This document shows, piece after piece, positions 6,948 through 12,611 of a stretch of 12,611 bases of DNA. Each line of letters starts with the position of its first letter. Within the stretch, counting starts at the first letter, position 1. Position numbers and translations under genes: made by a program. Origin of the DNA: PVC group bacterium (GTDB taxonomy: Bacteria > Auribacterota > Erginobacteria > Erginobacterales > Erginobacteraceae); contig JAZDIV010000077.1 in NCBI GenBank assembly GCA_043804695.1, positions 1 to 12,611 of the forward strand, in the 5' to 3' direction. The notes beneath the pieces are model-generated. The model was given only the letters and a program-made list of their open reading frames with translations, did no database searches and was not told the DNA's origin.

Positions 6948-7889
6948 ATGAGAATTATTTATATGGGCACGCCGGAGTTCTCCCTTCCCGGCCTGGAGGA
7001 GATCCACCGGCGCGGGATCGAGATCGCGATGGTGGTGACCCGCCCCGACCGGCCGGCCGGGAGGGGTAGGAGTCTGACGGCATCGCCGGTCAAAGAGAGA
7101 GCGCTCTCGATGGGCCTGGATGTCCGGCAGCCCGAAAACCTGCAAGACCCTGAGCTGCTCGGTTTCATCACCCGGCTGGAACCAGACCTTTTTGTCGTCT
7201 CGGCCTACGGGAAGTTCATCCCCGCCGCCCTGATCGCCCGCGCGAAAAAAGGCGGCATCAATCTCCACCCGTCGCTCCTCCCCCGGTATCGCGGGGCGGC
7301 GCCCATCCAGTGGGCGCTGATCAACGGAGAGCCCGAGACCGGGGTCACCATTATCTCGATCAGCGGCCGGATGGACGCGGGCGACATCTATGCCCAGATG
7401 TCCGTTCCCGTCTCTCCCGCGGATAATGCAGCAACCCTTTCCCGGCGGCTGGCGGATGCCGGGGGGATCCTGCTGGCCGATGCCGCGGAGCGGATCGTCC
7501 AGGGCGGCGTTTTACCGTTGCCGCAGGATGAAGCAAAGGCGACCTTTGCCCCCCGGCTGACCAAGGAAGACGGCCGGATTGACTGGCAACAGGCGGCGGT
7601 ACGGATTGACAATCGGGTCCGGGGGCTCTATCCCTGGCCCGGGACTTTTACCATCTGGCCGTCTTCCGAAGGAGCCGTCACCCTGAAAATCCTCAGGAGC
7701 ATTCCCCTTCCCGCCGCGGAGGGGCGGCCGGGCGAGGTCCTGGAAGCGAATGAATCCGCCTTCACCGTATCCGCCGGGCAGGGACGGCTGCGCATTCTTG
7801 AACTGCAGATGGAGGGGAAACGGCCGCTTCCGGCGGGAGAATTCTTACGCGGGCATCCGATCCCGCCCGGGACCATCCTGGGAAAATAA
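6948..7889 (+). CDS. fmt: Methionyl-tRNA formyltransferase
   Basis: MRIIYMGTPEF, VVTRPDRPAGRG, NLHPSLLPRYRGAAPIQWA, MDAGDI, RGLYPWPG, LQMEGKR. Sits upstream of rsmB, the usual arrangement. Confidence 0.96.
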   Translation: MRIIYMGTPEFSLPGLEEIHRRGIEIAMVVTRPDRPAGRGRSLTASPVKERALSMGLDVRQPENLQDPELLGFITRLEPDLFVVSAYGKFIPAALIARAKKGGINLHPSLLPRYRGAAPIQWALINGEPETGVTIISISGRMDAGDIYAQMSVPVSPADNAATLSRRLADAGGILLADAAERIVQGGVLPLPQDEAKATFAPRLTKEDGRIDWQQAAVRIDNRVRGLYPWPGTFTIWPSSEGAVTLKILRSIPLPAAEGRPGEVLEANESAFTVSAGQGRLRILELQMEGKRPLPAGEFLRGHPIPPGTILGK

Positions 7890-7947
7890 AAATAGCAGCA
7901 GACTATTTATTAATCCGACCGTTGTAGGATTTGCATCAAGGATCGCG

Positions 7948-8026
7948 GTCATTGCGAGCGCAGCGAAGCAATCTCTTGCTGTGCATAGAGTTGAGATTGT
8001 TTCGTCGCTTCGCTCCTCGCAATGAC
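7948..8026. repeat. GTCATTGCGAG-type palindromic element, copy 2 (79 bp)
   Basis: GTCATTGCGAG (7948-7958)..CGAAGCAATCTC..GAGATTGTTTCG..CTCGCAATGAC (8016-8026). Confidence 0.8.
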
Positions 8027-8054
8027 ATGTCCATACAATTATGGACTGACTAAT

Positions 8055-8121
8055 AACCGCGGATTATGCGGATTATGCGGATTTCAAAAAAACATCCGTT
8101 TAATCAGTTTAATCCGCGGTT
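8055..8121. repeat. Quasi-palindrome built from 9-mer tandem units
   Basis: AACCGCGGATTATGCGGATTATGCGGAT...ATCCGTTTAATCAGTTTAATCCGCGGTT, with a 12-bp perfect terminal IR AACCGCGGATTA / TAATCCGCGGTT. Confidence 0.75.
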
Positions 8122-8138
8122 CATTTATCGTGAACAAA

Positions 8139-9449
8139 ATGGGGAAAGCTGATAAACAAGGTCCCCGCGGGTGCATGGTCGATCTGCTGCGGCGGTGGGA
8201 GAAGGGGAGGTCATTCATTGCCGACCTGCTGGAGAAAAGCCGGGCGGAGACCGCCTTCTCCGGCCGGGACCGGTCCCTGATCACCGCCACGGTGAACGGG
8301 GTCATCCGCCGGAAGAAGACGCTGGATTGGCTGATCGATCACTTCTCCTCCGGGAAACCGCCGGCGGGATCGAGCATCGCCCGCCAGATACTCCGTCTCA
8401 GTATCTTTCATCTGATCTATCTGGACGCTCTTCCCCCGCACGCCGTCCTTCATCAGGCGGGAGAACTGTCCCGGCGGCTCCTTTCATCCCGGGAGGGATC
8501 GTACATCAACGGCCTGCTCCGGAACATCCTGAGAGAAAGGGATGCCCTTCCCCTGCCTTCCCGGGAAAAGCGGGGAGAATACCTCTCGGTCGTTCACTCG
8601 CACCCCCGCTGGCTGGTGGACCGCTGGCTGGAGCTGACTCCTTTCGATGAGGTGGAGGAACTGTGCCGGATAAACAACCTCGCCCCCCCCATCTTCGCCC
8701 GCTGCAACCTCCTGAGGGCGACACCGGAAGGCCTGGAAAAAGAATTCCGGAAGGAGGGGATTGAATGCAGCCCCCACGACACGGTTCCGGGGGTATGGCG
8801 GATCAAGCCGGGGCGGGACCTTTCGGAGATCCCGGCTTTCCGGGCCGGACATTTCGTCATCCAGGATACCTCCGCGCTCCGTCCGGTCGATCTTCTGGCT
8901 CCGCGGCCCGGAGAGAAGATCGCTGATCTCTGCGCCGCCCCCGGAGGCAAGACGTCTTATATCGCCCAGAAGATGGCAAACAGCGGATGTATCCTGGCTG
9001 CCGACGCCAGTCCGGAGCGGATAAAAAAACTCGCGGCCGCCATCGAGAGACTGGGAATCGGAAACACGGTTGTCCGGAAGCTCAACCTCCTCGAAGAAGA
9101 GAGGCCCGGCGAAGACGGGGGGTGGGACGGGATTCTCCTCGATGTTCCCTGCTCCAATACCGGGGTGCTCCGCCGGCGCGTCGACGCCCGCTGGAGAATC
9201 AAACCCGATGATATCTGCCGGTTGGCGGGGCAGGGGGGGAGGCTCCTGCGGGCGGCGGCCGGCCTGGTCCGGCCGGGAGGAAGAATCATCTACAGCACCT
9301 GTTCGCTGGAGCCGGAAGAGAACGGGGAGATCGTGGCGGCCTTTCTCCGGGATAACGCGGATTTTTCACTGGAGAAAGAAGACAGCGCCTGTCCCGAAGA
9401 ATACGGCGGAGACGGTTTTTACGCCGCCCTTTTGAGAAGAAAAGAATAA
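8139..9449 (+). CDS. rsmB: 16S rRNA m5C967 methyltransferase RsmB/Sun (NusB-like N-domain plus SAM-dependent methyltransferase)
   Basis: NusB-like N-terminus (GVIRRKKTLD, ILRLS, INGLLR), SHPRWL, DLCAAPGGKT, LDVPCSNTG and YSTCSLEPEEN. The ORF-track start at 8022 runs through repeats, so ATG 8139 (or GTG 8130) is preferred. Confidence 0.92.
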   Translation: MGKADKQGPRGCMVDLLRRWEKGRSFIADLLEKSRAETAFSGRDRSLITATVNGVIRRKKTLDWLIDHFSSGKPPAGSSIARQILRLSIFHLIYLDALPPHAVLHQAGELSRRLLSSREGSYINGLLRNILRERDALPLPSREKRGEYLSVVHSHPRWLVDRWLELTPFDEVEELCRINNLAPPIFARCNLLRATPEGLEKEFRKEGIECSPHDTVPGVWRIKPGRDLSEIPAFRAGHFVIQDTSALRPVDLLAPRPGEKIADLCAAPGGKTSYIAQKMANSGCILAADASPERIKKLAAAIERLGIGNTVVRKLNLLEEERPGEDGGWDGILLDVPCSNTGVLRRRVDARWRIKPDDICRLAGQGGRLLRAAAGLVRPGGRIIYSTCSLEPEENGEIVAAFLRDNADFSLEKEDSACPEEYGGDGFYAALLRRKE

Positions 9450-9508
9450 GTTTTTTTCTCCCTTACGATTCCGTATTATAGTATCCACGTTGTTTGAATG
9501 TTTTTATT

Positions 9509-9533
9509 TAAAATTTTCCGGAGGAAAATTTTA
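9509..9533 (+). promoter_or_regulatory. RBS-covering AT-rich hairpin, copy 2
   Basis: TAAAATTTTCC-GGA-GGAAAATTTTA, a perfect 11-bp IR, 1 nt before ATG 9535. Confidence 0.6.
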
Positions 9534-9534
9534 T

Positions 9535-9909
9535 ATGAAAGAGATCATCAGACCCGGAAACATGCCCCCGGCGGCCGGTCCCTATTCCCCTGCCGTCCGG
9601 GCCAACGGACTGGTCTTCATCTCGGGACAGCTCCCCGTCACCCCGGAGGGAACGATGGTGGAAGGGGGTATCAGGGAACAGGCCTTCCAGGTTCTGGAGA
9701 ACCTGAAGTCCGTTTTGCGCGGCGCCGGACTCACCCCGGCACACGTGGTCAAGACAACGGTCTATCTCGAGAACATCGCCGATTTCAGCGTCGTCAACGA
9801 GGTGTACGGCAAATACTTCGCCCAGGAACCGCCGGCCCGGGCCTGTGTCCAGGTCTCGGCTCTTCCCAAGGGGGCCGCCATCGAGATCGACGCGGTCGCG
9901 GCAATCTAA
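9535..9909 (+). CDS. ridA: RidA/YjgF/UK114 family reactive-intermediate deaminase
   Basis: PAAGPYSPA, FISGQLP, VVKTTVYL, VNEVY, PPARACVQVSALPKG (catalytic Arg) and IEIDA. SD GGAGG precedes ATG 9535. Confidence 0.9.
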   Translation: MKEIIRPGNMPPAAGPYSPAVRANGLVFISGQLPVTPEGTMVEGGIREQAFQVLENLKSVLRGAGLTPAHVVKTTVYLENIADFSVVNEVYGKYFAQEPPARACVQVSALPKGAAIEIDAVAAI

Positions 9910-9928
9910 ATTCAGGTTGCGGAGCTGA

Positions 9929-10177
9929 CCGGCATGGGAACTCATAAGAGATCCGGAGAAGACGGTACGGATTCTCCTCACCGCGGGTAAAAAACGGTAT
10001 TCCCTTCCACTGATGGCCGTCTACAGCTCGGTGAACGATGGGGCCCGCCTGGCGGTCTGGGGGAGCTGCGGGTTCCTGGAACTGGCGGTAAACGGGGGGA
10101 ATGCCGCCCGGGAACTGGGGTTGCGGATCGGGGACAGGATTACGGTCGAGATTCCTGCTTCGAAATTTTGCGTCTAA
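9929..10177 (+). pseudogene. 5'-truncated fragment of SAM hydroxide adenosyltransferase / chlorinase-fluorinase family (DUF62) C-terminal domain
   Basis: An open frame absent from the ORF track: PAWELIRDPEKTVRILLTAGKKRYSLPLMAVYSSVNDGARLAVWGSCGFLELAVNGGNAARELGLRIGDRITVEIPASKFCV*. The Y..V..G..LA..GS.G.LE.AVN.GNAA..LGL..GD pattern is the family C-terminus. There is an in-frame TGA at 9926 and the only ATG is at 10013. Confidence 0.75.
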
Positions 10178-10336
10178 AGCCGCATTTGCGACAAAAAATG
10201 GTAACGGTAAAGGTAACGATGCCCGTATCGGTGAAGGTAACGGTAACGGCCGCCGCATTGGGCGCACGTAACCGTAACCGGCAGACGAAACGGGCTTCGT
10301 CACCGTAACCGTAACCAAGTTGCGCCGAAGGCGCTA
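10155..10336 (-). repeat. Shell repeat copy C (reverse orientation) enclosing the 115-bp hexamer quasi-palindrome (10199-10313)
   Basis: The reverse complement of 10317-10336 is TAGCGCCTTCGGCGCAACTT, identical to 489-508. The reverse complement of 10155-10200 reads CATTTTTTGTC..ATGCG..CGCAAAATTTCGAAGCAG, resembling 743-798. Confidence 0.8.
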
Positions 10337-10353
10337 CTTGATAGAGGAATACC

Positions 10354-11217
10354 ATGGGCGACATTCGAGTAGGAGTAGCTGGATGGTCCTACCAGGACTG
10401 GGAAGGCATCGTTTACCCGGCGGGAGCCGGGAGTCGTTTTGACCGGCTTTCCTTCCTGGCCGACTACTTCGATGCCATCGAGGCCAATGTCACTTTCTAC
10501 CGTATCCCCCAGGCTCGCCACAGCCTGAGCTGGCTCAAGCGGACCTCGCACAACCCGGCTTTCCGGTTCAGCGTCAAACTTTACCGGCTTTTTACTCACG
10601 AACGGGATCAGCTTACCCCTTCCGATACGCTCCAGTGGAAAGAGGGGATCAGACCTCTCCAGGAAGAGGGGAAACTGGGTGCTGTCCTGGTCCAGTTCCC
10701 GTATTCTTTCCATAACACCGAACCCAACCGGCAGTATCTGAGCCGCCTGGCGGAACAGCTCCCGGATTCCCCGCTGGTCATCGAGGTCAGGCACCGTTCC
10801 TGGGACAGCCCGGAAGCGTTCGGTTTCCTGCGTGATCTGGGCCTCGGTTTCTGCAACATAGATCAGCCTCGGGTATCATTTTCATTGCCGCCGACGAGCA
10901 GGGCGACTGCTCCGGTGGGATATGTACGGCTCCACGGGCGGAATGTCCGGGACTGGTTCCGGAAGAACGCGGGCCGCGATGACCGCTACAACTATCTCTA
11001 TTCCGAGATCGAGATTGCTGATTGGCTGAAGCGGATAAAAGAGGTGGCTGAAAATACCCGGGACCTGTATGTTGTCGCCAACAACCATTACCGGGGCCAG
11101 GCCGTCTGCAACGCGCTCCAGTTAAAAGCGGGGGTGGAAGGAAAACGGGTCGCCATTCCCCCTCCGCTGGTCGATGCCTATCCGCAGCTGAAAGACCTGG
11201 GAAGAAGATCTCGATGA
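10354..11217 (+). CDS. DUF72 (YecE-like) family protein
   Basis: IRVGVAGWSYQDW, IEANVTFY, LVQFPYSF, IEVRHRSW, YVRLHGRN, YNYLYS, NNHYRGQA. SD GAGG. Confidence 0.9.
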   Translation: MGDIRVGVAGWSYQDWEGIVYPAGAGSRFDRLSFLADYFDAIEANVTFYRIPQARHSLSWLKRTSHNPAFRFSVKLYRLFTHERDQLTPSDTLQWKEGIRPLQEEGKLGAVLVQFPYSFHNTEPNRQYLSRLAEQLPDSPLVIEVRHRSWDSPEAFGFLRDLGLGFCNIDQPRVSFSLPPTSRATAPVGYVRLHGRNVRDWFRKNAGRDDRYNYLYSEIEIADWLKRIKEVAENTRDLYVVANNHYRGQAVCNALQLKAGVEGKRVAIPPPLVDAYPQLKDLGRRSR

Positions 11218-11576
11218 AAAGCCGGCTGATCAATGCGATCCTCTGCGGAACGGGGATAATTCTGCTGGCCGGGTGCGCCGATACCTATCATCAGGATTGC
11301 CGGATCCGCCTGGAGTCCGAGCCTTCCGGAGCCGAGATCTGGAAGAATGATTACTTTATCGGGTTAACCCCGCACACGCTCGTTTACACGGCGACAGCGG
11401 AAGATGATGACCGGGGCTATCTTCCCCTCCCGCCCCTGCTGCTCAAGAAGGAGGGGTACCAGCCCTGCCCGCTGGAGATCAGGCTCGACCTGGAGAAGGG
11501 ATACGACTGGGAAGGGATGGTAGAACTTGAACAGGTTGAAAAAAAAAGCAGAGATGCGGATTCTGTTCAGCCTTAA
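11214..11576 (+). CDS. Small lipoprotein with PEGA-like domain
   Basis: Lipobox LAGC. Pattern SEPSGAEIW...IGLTP...KKEGY. The start overlaps the DUF72 stop (ATGA). Confidence 0.7.
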   Translation: MKSRLINAILCGTGIILLAGCADTYHQDCRIRLESEPSGAEIWKNDYFIGLTPHTLVYTATAEDDDRGYLPLPPLLLKKEGYQPCPLEIRLDLEKGYDWEGMVELEQVEKKSRDADSVQP

Positions 11577-11654
11577 CCCGATTTATTCATAAGTATAATA
11601 TGCTCAATAAACATCTGCGCTGCTATCGAAATTATCTCAGGCATTGTTCAAAAC

Positions 11655-11679
11655 TAAAATTTTTCGGAGAAAAATTTTA
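11655..11679 (+). promoter_or_regulatory. RBS-covering AT-rich hairpin, copy 3
   Basis: TAAAATTTTTC-GGA-GAAAAATTTTA, a perfect 11-bp IR, 1 nt before ATG 11681. Confidence 0.6.
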
Positions 11680-11680
11680 C

Positions 11681-12487
11681 ATGAAGAGGATTGCTTTCAT
11701 CGGGGCCGGAAACATGGGCGAAGCGCTGATCCGGGGGATTCTCGCTCAAGGTTTATTTTCCCCGCGGAATATCATGGCCGCCGATCCGGATGAGAACCGC
11801 CGCGGCACGGTCGCCCGGGACCTGGGTATCCGGGTAACCGGCAGCAATCGGGAGGCGGCCGGCTTTGCCGATATCGTTCTTCTGGCCGTCAAGCCCCAGA
11901 TTCTCGATCTCGTCATTGAAGACATCTCGCCGGTTCTCACGGAGAAGCATCTTTTAATCTCCATTCTGGCCGGCGTCACGACACGGCGCCTGGAAGAACG
12001 GCTGGGGGGACAAATCCCGGTGGTGCGCGTGATGCCGAACACCCCGTCTCTGGTCGGGGCGGGGATCGCCGCGATCTGCGCCGGACGGTATGCCGGCCCC
12101 GGCGCCCTGGATACGGCGGAAGAGATACTGAAAGCGGCGGGGACGGTCATCCGGCTTCCGGAGGAACTGATCGACGCCGTTACCGCCGTCAGCGGCAGCG
12201 GGCCGGCCTACATCTTTCTCTTCACCGAGGCCCTGGCCCGGGCCGGCCGCAAGCTGGGGCTGAGCCGGGAGCAGGCGGACACCTTGGCCCGGAAAACGGT
12301 TTCCGGGGCCGGGAAGCTGCTGGAGGAGAGCGGACGGAGCCCCGAGGAACTGAGGAGAAACGTCACCTCTCCCGGCGGCACGACCGAGGCGGCCTTACAA
12401 ACCTTCCGCCGGCTCGGGTTCGACACGGTCGTGGAAGAGGCGGTGGCAGCCGCCTGCCGGAGAGCGAAAGAACTGGGAAATAGATAG
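11681..12487 (+). CDS. proC: Pyrroline-5-carboxylate reductase
   Basis: IAFIGAGNMG, LAVKPQ, VRVMPNTP, TAVSGSGPAY and VTSPGGTT. Start placed at ATG 11681 (SD GGAG) rather than 11600. Confidence 0.96.
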   Translation: MKRIAFIGAGNMGEALIRGILAQGLFSPRNIMAADPDENRRGTVARDLGIRVTGSNREAAGFADIVLLAVKPQILDLVIEDISPVLTEKHLLISILAGVTTRRLEERLGGQIPVVRVMPNTPSLVGAGIAAICAGRYAGPGALDTAEEILKAAGTVIRLPEELIDAVTAVSGSGPAYIFLFTEALARAGRKLGLSREQADTLARKTVSGAGKLLEESGRSPEELRRNVTSPGGTTEAALQTFRRLGFDTVVEEAVAAACRRAKELGNR

Positions 12488-12611
12488 AGCTTACTCGCTG
12501 TTTCGGAATTTAAATTACCGGATAAAATAACGTCATTGAAATTACGAAAAAGATGAAAAAAAAAACCGGAAAAAATAATAATTTTTTCTTGTATGATACC
12601 AAGGGCTTACC

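Noticed and set aside
7900..8056. A further degenerate IR (TTGTAGGA / TCCATACAA) around the second GTCATTGCGAG element
   Set aside because: Too short and gapped to distinguish from chance.
2425..10313. CRISPR array or DGR template/variable repeat pair
   Set aside because: There is no repeat-spacer periodicity. The differences between the two cores are not confined to adenines, neither copy is in a target ORF, and no reverse transcriptase or cas gene is in the window.
11594..11599. TATAAT upstream of proC (also TATAGT at 9477-9482 before ridA) as promoters
   Set aside because: Plausible -10 boxes, but no convincing -35 or extended -10, so they were not called as features.
848..12426. Numerous long antisense and alternate-frame ORFs in the track
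   Set aside because: Shadow ORFs expected from high GC3. All overlap well-supported genes or repeats and lack motifs.

Overview
GC-rich bacterial chromosomal segment. It carries a minus-strand tmRNA (ssrA; tag (A)ANEQFALAA) with a putative promoter and terminator. A run of plus-strand genes follows: UshA-like 5'-nucleotidase lipoprotein, N-acetylmuramoyl-L-alanine amidase, class C/e(P4)-type HAD phosphatase fused to an OB-like domain, DUF1189-like membrane protein, DUF192 lipoprotein, fmt, rsmB, ridA, a truncated SAM hydroxide adenosyltransferase (DUF62) fragment, DUF72, a PEGA-like lipoprotein and proC. The most unusual signals are intergenic. (1) One conserved hairpin-ended 'shell' occurs three times and holds palindromic cargo at the same internal site. 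One copy holds a nested stack of repeats, two hold the same 115-bp hairpin in opposite orientations relative to the shell, and one of these also appears to enclose the DUF62 fragment. (2) A near-identical AT-rich hairpin with a C(GGA)G loop covers the Shine-Dalgarno of three unrelated genes. No transposase, integrase or CRISPR array is visible. All calls come from reading the sequence by eye, not from database searches.
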